Source: Zancudomyces culisetae HAW-14-8
Lineage: Eukaryota > Fungi > Kickxellomycota
Assembly (NCBI GenBank): GCA_052426225.1
Contig: JBNJNM010000012.1
Location: forward strand, 1,984,001-2,048,000
Direction: 5' to 3'
Length of the DNA stretch: 64,000 nt
Shown here: one piece after another, positions 1-12,300 of the stretch
Position numbering within the stretch: the stretch's first letter is position 1
Layout of the letters: each line of letters starts with the position of its first letter
The notes under the pieces: model-generated
Told to the model about the DNA's origin: nothing
Databases searched by the model: none
The model's input: only the letters and a program-made list of their open reading frames with translations
Made by a program: the position numbers and the translations under genes

Positions 1-466
1 CGATGACAGCGATATAAAGACACATAACTTGACCCCAGAACAGATTGAAGCTGCACTGATAAAATACTCGGATTGCCGACCCCGTGACTCGGCATCAATG
101 ATAGACTTGGCTCTACACAACTATGTTGAAATGCGCAACAACGTGAACAAGCTTTCGTACAAGCTGCGGTTCATGATAGAAAAGAAACTATCCCTTTGGT
201 TCCCAAGCTATGTGATGCCGCTATATTCCATGGTTAGTTTTTCAAAGTTGAGTTATACTGAAGCAACTCGTCGATGGAATGCTCAAACCAGAGCAATCAA
301 CCGACTTGTGACAGTTGGAACAGAGATCAGTGCGATTTGCATTGCGGCCTCTTTGGTATGTATTGTGTCGGCTTTGAGTCGCCGAGGTTATGCACCATTT
401 GCAAGACTTAATGGACTTCGAATTCCAAAACTACAGGAGATTTTTAACCTTTTTAGATCCCAATAA
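1..466 (+). CDS. BNA4: Kynurenine 3-monooxygenase, C-terminal part (5' end outside window)
   Basis: Translation has 'DLALHNYVEMR' and 'PLYSMVSFS..SY.EA', typical of the KMO C-terminus, followed by a hydrophobic membrane anchor. Confidence 0.85.
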   Translation, partial: DDSDIKTHNLTPEQIEAALIKYSDCRPRDSASMIDLALHNYVEMRNNVNKLSYKLRFMIEKKLSLWFPSYVMPLYSMVSFSKLSYTEATRRWNAQTRAINRLVTVGTEISAICIAASLVCIVSALSRRGYAPFARLNGLRIPKLQEIFNLFRSQ

Positions 467-639
467 ACCGAGATAAACAATAAAATAAAATAAAATAAAA
501 TAAAAACAATCAAAGCATGTATTTCTTTTTATTCACATTTTCGTTTTCATTTTGATCAAGTTTCATTTTTAGCTTTGTTTATTGAATAAGAAGGTTAAAT
601 AAAATAATAAATATATAATATATTAATTAAAGAGAAAAA

Positions 640-3477
640 TTAATTATTGGAAGATCTGTTATATTTATTAGCAGACGAAGAGTTATATTGTCTGGAATCG
701 CCCTTAGATCTTTGGTTAGGACCGCCACTAGGATTAGAACGGCGAGATGAAGACTGCTTAGATTTGTTGTGGGGCATATTCTTTGACTTGTGAGATGAAG
801 ATTGCTTAGACTTGGCCTTGGCAGAGCCAGCATTGGCATGTTGTGGATGAGAAGAATCGTAACGGTTAGCAAAGGCCATAGCAGATGAGGAAGAATCAAT
901 AGGTTGCGAAGCAAAGGCACTCTTTTCAGCGAGAGGTCTGCCACCGTTGATCTTGAGTTCAAAGATCTTTTCGTTGGCATCGGCAAGAGAAGTAACTTTG
1001 TCAGAAAGATACAGCATGGAAGATTGCAGGCGGGAAGTGGCATCAGCAGAAGTACGTTCAAAGTGTATGGTACGAGCGATTTCGTCAAGGGTAGCAGGGA
1101 GATCAGAAGAATAAATCATCATGGCGAGAACGGAATAGAGCTTGCGGGAAGGAAGATCAAACATGGCGGAAAGAGTGTCGATGCTCATAGAGTCGTAGTA
1201 AATGCGGTAGGTTAGCAAATAAGTTTTGAAGGCTTCGACCTTGATCTTTTCGCGCAAGAAGCCCTTGACGAGAGCAGCATCAGGCAACAAACTCCAAATC
1301 TTAACAGCATCAATATAACGGAAAGCATTTTCCCAGTCACCAACAGCCAAAGACTTAGCAGCAGCCATGATGTGGTCACGAGAGTTCTCTGGAGGACCAG
1401 TAAAGATCATGCGGCTGTTGTAATCCAACAATCTGCGCAGTAGACGGTTGGTGGGTTGTCTCTTGGAATCGGATTCAGACAAATCAACCAACATTGAGCA
1501 GGTCAAGAAAGAAGATTCCAGCAACTCAAAGTTGATGTGCATGTGGAAAGGAAGCAGGTTTTTCTTGACAATAAATTCCATTTCTTGAGATAGGCCAGAG
1601 TGTTTTTGGTTGAGAGAGGATTGACCAAGAAGCTCACTAACGCGACCAGTGTTCATGATTTCCAACAAGTGACTAAAGGCCTCTTGGAACATACCAAGTC
1701 GGAACGCAGCCAAACCCAACTGAGCAAGCGCACGATTGTACAGAATCTGAGTAGCGATATCAGCCTGGCCAATTGAATCTTGCATGTGAGAAACCAAAAA
1801 CATATCTCTAGCTGCGTAGTAGCGTTTGTGGAGAGCATGATGGTAGATATGCATAAGCATGGCACGGGCACGCAGCATTGGACTACCTTGCGAGTAAATA
1901 CGGCCACACAACTCTGTCATCAATTGCTCGGAATCCACAGTAGCAGATTCTTTGTCGCCTAGAGCTTGAGCAATCTGAGCCTCAACGCTGGCAGTGATCT
2001 GGTCGGGACGGAAGTGGATGTATTCGATACGGCGGATGATGGCACGGCACTCTTCGTCTTGCTGATCCGTGTTGTGAAGGTATCTTTGCATTCTCACAAC
2101 GGTTTGGTACAACGCAAAGTCGTCGGCCATACGTTCAACATAGTTTGTTGTGTGTGGATCAATGGCTACCAAAGATCGTCTGAACTCGTCATATACACGT
2201 TCCAACAACCCAACAAGAGAACCTGGATACACAACGTTCAGCCCGTCACGTTCGCGTTGCTCCAATTCTTCAAGCTCTACTTCTCCCTCGGTGTGTTCTG
2301 CTACCACAACTGATGGGCTGGTCTCAAGCACTCCCAACAACCTGTTGATCAATTCCAACGCTGCTTTCCATGATGCTGTGATTTGTGTTTCTGATCCTAT
2401 ACCAAACATATCGATTTGTGCTGGAATCAAGACCATCAGAACCTCTACTCGCTGCAGTGGTGTTTCTGCTACCTTGTACATCTTCTCCAAAGTTGCTACG
2501 ACTTCGTGTTTGGCTGTTCCTCGTCGACCTCGACTCTCCACCACTTCCTTGAGCTTAGCTCCCAAATTCTCAGCGCTCAATGCTGCTTCCTTTTTGGCCT
2601 TTCTTGTTACGGTTTTGAAACCATCATCCTCTTCGCTCTCTTCCCCGCTCTCTTCCTCTTCCTTCTTCTTGTCTACCCTAGCCTTTTGTTTTTGCTCCTT
2701 CTTGTCCTTTGGCGCTGCTACTGTCTTTTTCTCTGCTGGTTCGCGTTTAAGCCACTTGTTTATTCCTTTCTTTCCTGTATCTGAGTCGCTATCTGAGTCG
2801 CTTTCTGACTCACTCTGCTCCCAGTAGCTGTCTGAGCTCTCCTCGTCTTCCTCAACTGCCTTCTTTTTGCTTCCTCCTGCTGTCCTCTTTGTCTCCTTAA
2901 CTTGATCCTCCTCCCTTCCTTTTACCTCTTCATCTTGTTCTTCTTCGGAAAGTATTGGGTTTTCTCTGTATTCCTGCACCTGTCTCTCTTTTTCTTTAAT
3001 CACCTTCTTGATCCTCTGTTTCAGTGTGTTCAAGGCTCGCGCATTGTTTGCATTCAGTTTCTTGATTGCTGCCTTGTCCTTGAATTTCTCCATCCCTGCC
3101 TCTATCTTCACCACTGTCTTTATCAAGTATCTCTTTTCTACTGCCGCATCTGAACCACTCTTTGTCAACTTTGGCATCACCTTGCTCAACTTGTCAAAGT
3201 CCGCTTGTACCACTGTCCAATCGTTAATCTTGAGCCCATTTCTTATTCCCTTAATACTATTAAGTGCCTCATCCGTCTGCTTATCCTTTGCACTCTTTAC
3301 TACTCTCTTGACTTCATCTTCCGACTCATCACTTGAGGAATATCCCCCCTTTGCAAATCTACTAGCAAATTCTCCCTTTGACTTGCTCTGGATTTCCCGA
3401 TCTGAATAGTCTGACCCTGATGAAACACTACTGTCCGAATCGGATCCCGATGTATCTCCTTTAAAGAAACGCGACAT
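640..3477 (-). CDS. NIP1: Translation initiation factor eIF3 subunit C (PCI domain)
   Basis: N-terminal 'MSRFF', 'KRVVKSAKDK', 'QILYNRALAQLGLAAF', 'LPFHMHINFELLE', 'FTGPPENSRDH'; intronless, 945 aa. Confidence 0.97.
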   Translation of the reverse strand: MSRFFKGDTSGSDSDSSVSSGSDYSDREIQSKSKGEFASRFAKGGYSSSDESEDEVKRVVKSAKDKQTDEALNSIKGIRNGLKINDWTVVQADFDKLSKVMPKLTKSGSDAAVEKRYLIKTVVKIEAGMEKFKDKAAIKKLNANNARALNTLKQRIKKVIKEKERQVQEYRENPILSEEEQDEEVKGREEDQVKETKRTAGGSKKKAVEEDEESSDSYWEQSESESDSDSDSDTGKKGINKWLKREPAEKKTVAAPKDKKEQKQKARVDKKKEEEESGEESEEDDGFKTVTRKAKKEAALSAENLGAKLKEVVESRGRRGTAKHEVVATLEKMYKVAETPLQRVEVLMVLIPAQIDMFGIGSETQITASWKAALELINRLLGVLETSPSVVVAEHTEGEVELEELEQRERDGLNVVYPGSLVGLLERVYDEFRRSLVAIDPHTTNYVERMADDFALYQTVVRMQRYLHNTDQQDEECRAIIRRIEYIHFRPDQITASVEAQIAQALGDKESATVDSEQLMTELCGRIYSQGSPMLRARAMLMHIYHHALHKRYYAARDMFLVSHMQDSIGQADIATQILYNRALAQLGLAAFRLGMFQEAFSHLLEIMNTGRVSELLGQSSLNQKHSGLSQEMEFIVKKNLLPFHMHINFELLESSFLTCSMLVDLSESDSKRQPTNRLLRRLLDYNSRMIFTGPPENSRDHIMAAAKSLAVGDWENAFRYIDAVKIWSLLPDAALVKGFLREKIKVEAFKTYLLTYRIYYDSMSIDTLSAMFDLPSRKLYSVLAMMIYSSDLPATLDEIARTIHFERTSADATSRLQSSMLYLSDKVTSLADANEKIFELKINGGRPLAEKSAFASQPIDSSSSAMAFANRYDSSHPQHANAGSAKAKSKQSSSHKSKNMPHNKSKQSSSRRSNPSGGPNQRSKGDSRQYNSSSANKYNRSSNN

Positions 3478-5943
3478 TTTATTCTATATATCTCGTTTTT
3501 TTTTTTCGTTTTGTGCGTGTGTGTTTGTTTGTTCTCCCTTCTTATTTACTGTATTTTTCCAAGATTTAGATTCTGGATTTTATTTTATTTTTTACAAACT
3601 TTGGATAATCTATTTATAATTTTCAAGAAAATTTTGTATAATCTCAATCCCACAATCTAGATTTCATTAATATTATGTGGTTGTCTAATCTCGATTAAAT
3701 CTTCGGTATACATACCTTGTATCTTTCTATCTCTTGCTTCTAATCTCGAAGGTTCTGGATTACAGATGTGGATTATCTTAATCAAATTTGGTAAATTTGA
3801 TTATATTTTTGTTTATGCCTGTAAAAAAAAAACAAATATTTACAATACTATTTTCTTTAAGGATGGAAAAATCTGGGGGTCAACTATACCCTGTAACTTT
3901 TTTTTTTTCTTCTTTCTTTGTTAATTTGTTGTTAACAGAAAAATTAATAAATCTCAACCCCTTCCAACTAATGCTGATTTTTTTTTTTTGTAGATTTCTA
4001 CTAAAAATGAGAAAAAATGAATTGGACTTGATTTTGCTCGCAATTTTTTCACCAGAATTTGGGGGGGGGGAGGGGGAAGAGAGGAGGAGGGAGGTGGTTG
4101 ATTGTTATTGAAAATTGAGGAATCAAGGCTAAATTTTTTTTTTGTCAAGAAGAGGAGGAAAAAAAAATTTTTTTTTTGTATTCCTGTGTTTAAAAAATTA
4201 AAAGTTTTGATTTTTAGTAATTTTAAATTAATTTTAATTGTAATAATTTATATTTTGATGCAAACGAATTTTTCTTGGAGGCAATCTAAAGATTTAGGTA
4301 TTGTATTCGCCTCTAAAATATTGAAAGCTATTTGCTGGTTATTGGCCAAAACGACATTTTCTTTAGAAAAGTTCAAAAAGTAGGAACTTTTATTCCAAAG
4401 TGCTTTTGGAAGTGGGTTTTTGGTTTTTGGTATTTGCTTTTATCATTTTAAGCGAAAATTTTTTTTTAATAAATATTTATTGTTGCTCTTTCTTTTATAT
4501 ACATAGTTCATTATATATGGAATAGTGGTAGTGCGAATTGTTGTGTGTATGGAGATTCTTCAATATTTGGTGTAATTATCATTTTTGACTAAATCTGTGA
4601 TACCACAGACCAGATCGAGATATTGACAAAGATATTCGTATACATTCTTTGTGTGTTTTTGTCTTGATGTTATTTTTTTTGTCTATTCTCACTAAATAGT
4701 AAAACTTGTCGGTAAAAAAGGATGATAGTATATAACCTTTTTGAACGTTGAGGGTGTCCCAAGGGCAAACCGATACTTTAGCAGTCCCCATACTGCACAT
4801 AATTAGTCTCACTTTATCAGGGTATATTTACACCTTTTTGGAACAATATTTATATATACAAAGTATAAGTAGAGATAAATACGTATTGGAAAAAGTAGAA
4901 AAAAAACTAATGGTACATTAATGCAAGCCCAATAATGTTGATGGGGTGGGTGTTTAATTTTTTATTATATTTTTGTTTTTGTTTAGGCTTTGAAACCTAA
5001 ATGTACAAAAGGTACAAGAAAATTAATAGTCAACAGACTTACAAGGATAATTAGCAAGAGAGTTTTGTTTTTTTTCTAGTTTTTTTCTGAATTAAAAATA
5101 TTGAGGAAAAACCAATGGCAAGTCTACAAACAGAAATTAAAATTAATAAAGTTTCATATTTGGCAACAACTGCTTATGATTTAATAATTAAAAAAAGAAT
5201 AAATAATGCATTTTGGATTCCGACTTTGAAAAATGAGTGGTTTTTGCCATGAGTAGATTAAAAAAAATAAATAAAAAATAAATAAAAAATAAATAAAAAA
5301 AGTAGTAAAAATTTTTTTTTTCTGTTGGTGAAATACTTAGCTGGCACTGAGTCCTAAAGAAACTAAAAGCATTCGCCCAATACTAGGTCAATTCCTATTC
5401 TAAACTATTCCTACTTGTGTCTTTTAATATGAAAAAAATAACAATAATAGTTACACTAAAAAAAAAGAAAAAGCAATGTTAATAGTGATAATTCTATTGT
5501 ATTTTTTTTTCCATTTATAAGGGAAATTTAAATTAATCGCTGATCAAACTTGATTATACTGCTTTATTTCAACCGCAACTTTTAGTTTTGTATAACAATA
5601 ATAAAAATACATTGATATATTATACATTAATCAAACTTTGTTAAAAAAAATAATACATAAGGGATAGTGATTATAACATTCAAATCTTTTATTAACCCGG
5701 AATTGACTACAACACAAACCAAAATAAGAGAACCAGCAAAAAGAAAAAGGGGGGGAGAAATACGAAAACATACAATAATTATCCTAATAGTAATTATACC
5801 CGGAAAAGCATTTTGGTTTTTACAATTATATTTTTTTCTTTTCCCCCTCGCCTCTTATTCTTACAATTTCAAATCTATATAGTTAAGAGGCTTGGGCATA
5901 AAGAATACGATAAAGTAAAAGAAAAAGAGGAGAAACGAAAAAA

Positions 5944-8900
5944 ATGAACGAGTTGAAGAAATATTTGGACTATTTGGCCGACTATTCGTTTGATGTGGTA
6001 AGTCTTGGTATACACTACATTATACCTTATCCTGGGGAGCTAGTATATTTATTTATATTTTGTAAGAATATGAAAATAAAATAAAGGGGGGGGGTGGTGT
6101 CAAATAAAATAAACAAGGAGATTTAATAAAATGTAATGTGGTAAATAGAGAGATCAACAAATTCCTGCTGGAAGTTTCTATGGGTAAGAAAAATTCAAAC
6201 ACAATAAATGTTCTTTTTAAACTTTAAGAGTTTTAAAATATTTATTTATAAAATATTAAAAAAAACAAACAAACTACAATAATAAAATAGGCTTTTTGAT
6301 CAAGTACCTTACAAGAAAATACGAATGAGTCAGGATGTGTTTGTAAAAAAAAACAAACTGAGCACACAGGAGCGAAAAAAGACCAAAACCGCAACGATTT
6401 ATGAAGAGGCGGGAGGCGGGATAGGCGTGGCATCAAATGTTAGCACATTGTATGGTGGTATGGGAAAGGGAAGTGTGGCCCGGGGGTATTATGAATTTGT
6501 AGAGTTGGAAAAGGATACTATTGTGCGGGAAATAGTGCGATTGTATGTTGAGTGCGAGGAAAAACTACAGCATGAAACTAGCGGAATACAAGTAGACTCC
6601 CAACAGAATTATGCGGCTGGTTCGGATGATAAATATCTACGAAACTTGACAGAACTAATTATGGGAGTAACCAGGATAGATGATGGGAGTGTAATATTGG
6701 ATGGAGCATTTGAGGCACTGGAAAAGATATTTGAAATGTATTTAGATGAGCGACAACAACAAATAAAGCAAGAGCAAGGGCAAGGACAAGAAAAACAAAA
6801 AGAACAAGGGCAGGAGCAGGAGCAGGGGCAACGAAACGAAAGCAGAAAAGAAAAAATTGGCGATCTGAAAAATACTAATGGAGATGCTTCAGGGGGAGAG
6901 GCTAATTTTGATCAGATTACTGGCGATGATAAAAAATTGATGGTATCGAATTTGTGGAGAGAAAAAATGTCTAGGAGGGTATGTAGGCTGAAGAGGCTTT
7001 TTGATGCTAATCGACAAAGAAGCTGGATAAAAGCAGCGGAATTGATAAAGAAAATAATGTATAAGGCAACGGCTATATCGATACCAGCCAATAGAAGAGA
7101 GTCTGCGGACGGATACGAAAGAAAGTATTCACAGAGTGTTGTTCTGGAAGAAATCCGAGTGGTAGATGGGGAACAATTGGATTGGAGCAAAGAAAATGAA
7201 GTATCAGATGTTTCTGATGATGGTATTACCATGAATGTAGATGTAAATCTAAATGTAGATAAAGATGTAAATGTGAATATGAATATGAATATGAGTATGG
7301 ATGTCAATATGGACGTAGGTGTAACTACAAATGATGAGAAAAAACACATTAGAGAGAAAGAATTTAGAGTAGATCAAGTAGCAAAAGGGATGGTAATGAG
7401 AGAACGAGAGAGCCGAGAAATAGTGAGACACATTTGGCACGAGTTGATAGCAGCAGTTGAAAAGGATGTAGAAGCAACGGGAATGAGGTTGTTAGGGCAG
7501 GAGAAGAATAGAAAAATGATGGAAAAGGATAGAGGAAGGAGAAAGAGATATTCGATAAGGGATAGGTATTATAGAGTGATGTTTGAAAAAGCAATGGAGA
7601 TAATAGCATATTTCAAGGGGAAAGTAGCAGAGGGAAGCAAAGGGTATTCGATACCGGCATTTTCGTTGGCAGAGGAGTTGGATCCAGGAAGAGAGATAGC
7701 AGAAAGCGGAATCTTGCCATACGAGATGCAGCAGATGGTGGATACAAGTATAGCACGAAAGATCCGAATGAGAAAAATAGCATTTCCACCGGATAGTACG
7801 TGGCCAATGGTATCGCATGCTAGTCGAACGCATGCAGAAAAGCATATATATGATCATACAGGATATGCCAGTTTGCGAGATACATTACCAAAGAGAGAAT
7901 TGGAAAAGGGAACATCGGCAGATAGTTATTTGGCGGGGTTGCTATACCAACAAGCAGCTATTGACGATGTGTATAGAACTATGCGAGATCATAGAATGAT
8001 GAAAAGACGTACTGAGCGGGAGGCAGACAGAAGAAGTTATAGAGTGGTTCAGTTACAACGGGAGGCGATTGTTGGAGGTAGTATTACAACTAGCAATAGC
8101 AATAGCAATAACAATAGTGGTGGTAGTAGTGGTAGTGGTAGTGGAGGGGTAGCGGTGGCAATGGGAGTGGATAGACTTAGGGGTGATGTAAATGTGAATA
8201 TGAATGTGAACTTGGCAAACTATAACCAGAATATTGGACAACAAAAAGAAGGAGGAGAAGGAGAGAAAGGAGGAGGAGAGGAAAGAGTTAGCCTGTTACA
8301 ACAGATGGAACAAGCAGAAGATGGAAGACTTGTTTTAGATGTGTTGGTTAATAGCATTAAACTAACGGTTTCTAGATCACAAACAAGTGAACCGGGTGAA
8401 GAAGAGGTAGATATAGAAGGGGAAAATGAGATTCGAGAAAATGTAAAAGGGATGGCAAGGTTGAGTAGCATAAAAGCGAGAATTCCTGAGCGAATGGAAA
8501 AGCAGTGGGAGGCGTTTAATAAGCTTTCAGATCAATTGTACTATTTTGTGCAAGCGGATGTGATACAATATGAGGATGTACACAAAAGGTTATACCAACT
8601 AGTGGTGCCAAAGGCAGGCAAATATGGGGCAGGGCCCAAATTGGCTAAGGATAATGCACTGATATGGTTTTTGCTACAGCTTTTCCACATTGAAAAAGTG
8701 GGCAATGGGATAATTAAACATGATTTTGAGACACGCGAAAATTTGTTTGCACAATTTGTGGAAATGTATAATGAAACACAGATATATTCCAGAAAAAAGG
8801 GGTTTTATTTGCGCGACTTGTCGTTGCAAGGGATAATGAATCATCAACAAGCAAACATCCAAGATTTACAAGGAATAAAGTATCGACATCCAAAAGTTAA

Positions 8901-9280
8901 AAGTGCAATGGAATTGGTACAGCTTGCCTATTTACTGCAAACAGAATTTGGTCAGCGATGGAAAGAAGATTTGACACAAGATGTTCAAACCATGTTTTGT
9001 GACCAAAATATCCAGGGCATAATTGAAATTGCAGTAGTGAGTTTGGCGCGACAGTATATAGTTCCCAATACAATGTATGGGTATTTGGTACCAGTCAAAA
9101 AGCAAGTAGGATATTTACAGAACCATACTACTCGATTCTTAAAAGGTGGAATAATTAATTACCGAGTATTGGATATGGTAGGAATTGGGGCAAAGCTTCG
9201 GTTGTTACAGTTGATATATAAAATGATGTTGGATCATGAACAAGGTCCACAGTTTATGTTTGAGCAGAAAGCCGATGACA

Positions 9281-9319
<39 letters not shown>

Positions 9320-12300
9320 TTGGTTCTGGTTCGAATGAAGAAGTTATTAATTGTGTATCACCATATGTGATGGATGTAGTATACAAGTTGTTGTATAGTG
9401 CACCTTATACTAACGAATTGATGATGAAAGAAGTACTGGAAAAGTTACGGAGATGTGATAAGGCCATGGCAATGGGAAATGCGCTATTTTCAGATGCAAC
9501 GGTTCGTTGGTTATTTACTATTTACCAATTGATGAATTGTCGACTGTTGCGATTCTTCAAGTACTATGCTCATGCTGACCACTTGGTACATCATTTGCGT
9601 CACTCTTTGGTTTTTACGCGCCATCCTCAGTTGTATACAACTTTGGAGTGTTTTGCATTGTGTTTGGTCAAGCTACAGCATAATAAAGGGTTTTTGGCAG
9701 CATTGGTTAATCCAGATTATCATGGAATTCCTCTTACAATGGTTCCACAAATGAAAACATCTACGCTTGTTGATACAGATCTTGTAAAAAACACAGATAT
9801 CGGTACTAGTATTGATACTACTACTACTACTACTACTACTACTACAGGTACAGGTATAGGGACAGGTACAGGTATAGGGACAGGGATAGGGACAGGGACA
9901 GGTATAGGGATAGGTGTAGGGGTAGGTATAGGGGCAGTTGCAGGTACAAATACAAATACAAATATAAATACAGCAACATTCCCAAAAATGGAAAAAACAA
10001 TAGCTCCCAATGGTCCACAACCCATCGTTAACTGGAAACCAAAACAATCATGGTTTCGATGTACGTTATTATCACGCAATGCCGTCATGGTAATTTCACG
10101 AATCATGTTGATTAGAGGACTGGGTGACGTTGCCGAAATCAAACTTTCGGATTGTATTGAAAGCCTTTCAGAAAAGATACCACGATGGTGCGAACGTGTC
10201 TTGCAGTACATGGCACCGCAAGTGCGTGACTATTTTTTGAGTCGGCCAGAGTACTTGATGACTTGTCCAGTCCATAGCCATATTATTGAGATTTTGCAGG
10301 ATAAAGATGTATATGCCAAACTGGTAGATTCCAATGACAGTATTCCTGATGACCTGGTTGTTCAAAAACTAGTTGATTATTATAATGAAACTGTTGATAA
10401 ACCTAAATTGTTTTTATGTTTGATTTGGTATTTGGAAATCAAACGATTAGAACAAGAAGAACAAGAACAAAAACAAAAACAAGATACTGAAAATGTCAAT
10501 ATAAAACCAAAAAAATCTAGAATGGGCTTTATTTCTTTGGTAAGAAAAGTCTTATTGAATTTTAAACTTTCATTAAAAGCTGAGAGAGCATCAACAATTA
10601 TGGATTATATTACTGTATATATTGATATTGGATACCAAGATGATCAACAATTTGTTTCAAACGAAAATAACAGTAATGGCAACATTGACAACAACATTAG
10701 CAACAACAACAACAACAACAACAACAATGATGATGATAAAGAAAATAAAAAATTGGATATGGAAAAACGCATGAAACTGGCTAAATTGCTTTTAGGCAAG
10801 TTTATTTGGGAATACACATTTTTACACAACGAACATGTACTCTACGCATTAACCAGAGGAGAATATGATCTCCATGACTCCAAGACACGAGCGGCACTGG
10901 TGAGATTCCTGTTAATAGAATCACCTCACTTTCAAGAACGTCTTAAGTACTGGACTGAATTGGATTTCCCAGGTCGGTATTGGACCACTGACGATTACTA
11001 TGCCAAACAATTTGCGTACCTTACTAAATTTCCTGAATTTTTCGAGTATGAAGGGTATCTAGTTAATAACTCTCAAAAAACATTTTCATCTACTTCTACT
11101 GATACTTCTACTTCTACTTCTACTCCCGAAAATGATTATGAATTACTTCCACCTATTAGACATCCGATCCTTCCTGTCTACTATGAAAATAATATGGTAC
11201 GTCTAGTGCCTGTACTGGATTATAGTATCGATAGACTAATTGAAGCTGGAAGAACACAACTATTGATAGATCTGATGGATCACTTATCCAAACTATTTAG
11301 GCTGGACCAAGTTCCCCTAACTTCATTATACCATAAATTGTATGTGTATTTTGGTGCGCCTTGCCTATTTAACATTGATTTACTACGCAGTTTGGCTCTT
11401 AGTTATTTGGATCTTACCCAACAACAATTTTCGCGTGAGTTTGAAGGCTTTTTGAACCGTTTTATGCGACCAGCATCGTCATATTCATATCTGGAATATT
11501 ATGGTTTAAATTTTAATCAACAACATCAACAACATCAACAACATCAACAAAAAAGTGTGGCTGATGGTCATAGTTATAATATGGAATTTATTGATTCTAA
11601 TGAGCAACTAGTTAACCAACAAAATTACCCTTCTTCTAATTTTACATTTACTTCATCATCATCAGGTCAGGTTAATGGTGATAGTATTGGTGATGAAAAA
11701 ACCATGTTTGATTACAACACGCATATTACTGATCGATATATTTTGTTACTGGTTAATCGACTGGCCCTAATTTTAACTACTGAAATCGATCCCGATAGTA
11801 ATCGTACGGGACTACCAGAAGTTCATTACCGAGAGATTCCCAATCCTGTATTGTTAGCACTCACTGAAGCTGCTGTAGAAGTATTAATGTGGTGGTGTGT
11901 TACTAGATCATTTATTGCAAAAAACAACAACAACAGTGGTAATGGTAATGGGTATTTCATTCCTGAACAACCTAAACTTGCTTCTACTACAAAGAGATTT
12001 TATGAACAATTGAAAACACAACAGGAAAAGAGTCAACAACAACAACAACAACAACAACAAAATACTGTTGATGGTGATAAGAGTGGTGATAGTAGTAACA
12101 AGAGAATTTTTATTAAAATTTCTACTTCAAAAGTTGAAAATTCTAAAGTACGTAATGAAATTATAGAATGGAAGTCGCAAGTTGGTAACCAAGCCAAACA
12201 ATGGGAGTTTACTAGAAAATGGTTACGGATGGTTATGGAAATTTCACTATTTTCTTATCCTACAACAAAATCAACAACAACAACAAAATCAACAACAACA

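Noticed and set aside
2150-3409. Long antisense ORFs over eIF3c (likewise 50416-51195, 57788-58774, 63331-63897)
   Set aside because: S/F/L-rich shadows of purine-rich coding strands
3788-4383. F/K/I-rich ORFs in intergenic DNA (also 26330-26812, 40880-41122, 60950-61144)
   Set aside because: Products of poly-A/T tracts with no protein-like features
4609-4790. Plus-strand spliced reading ending ...KLVGKKG-TGA-TAG, considered as a C-terminal selenocysteine (some early-diverging fungi use Sec)
   Set aside because: No start exon, no similarity to a selenoprotein family, and the downstream hairpin is too short for SECIS geometry
5334-5350. ATACTTAGCTGGCAC resembling the U1 snRNA 5' end
   Set aside because: Mismatch in the essential ACTTAC motif; no U1 stem-loops or Sm site follow
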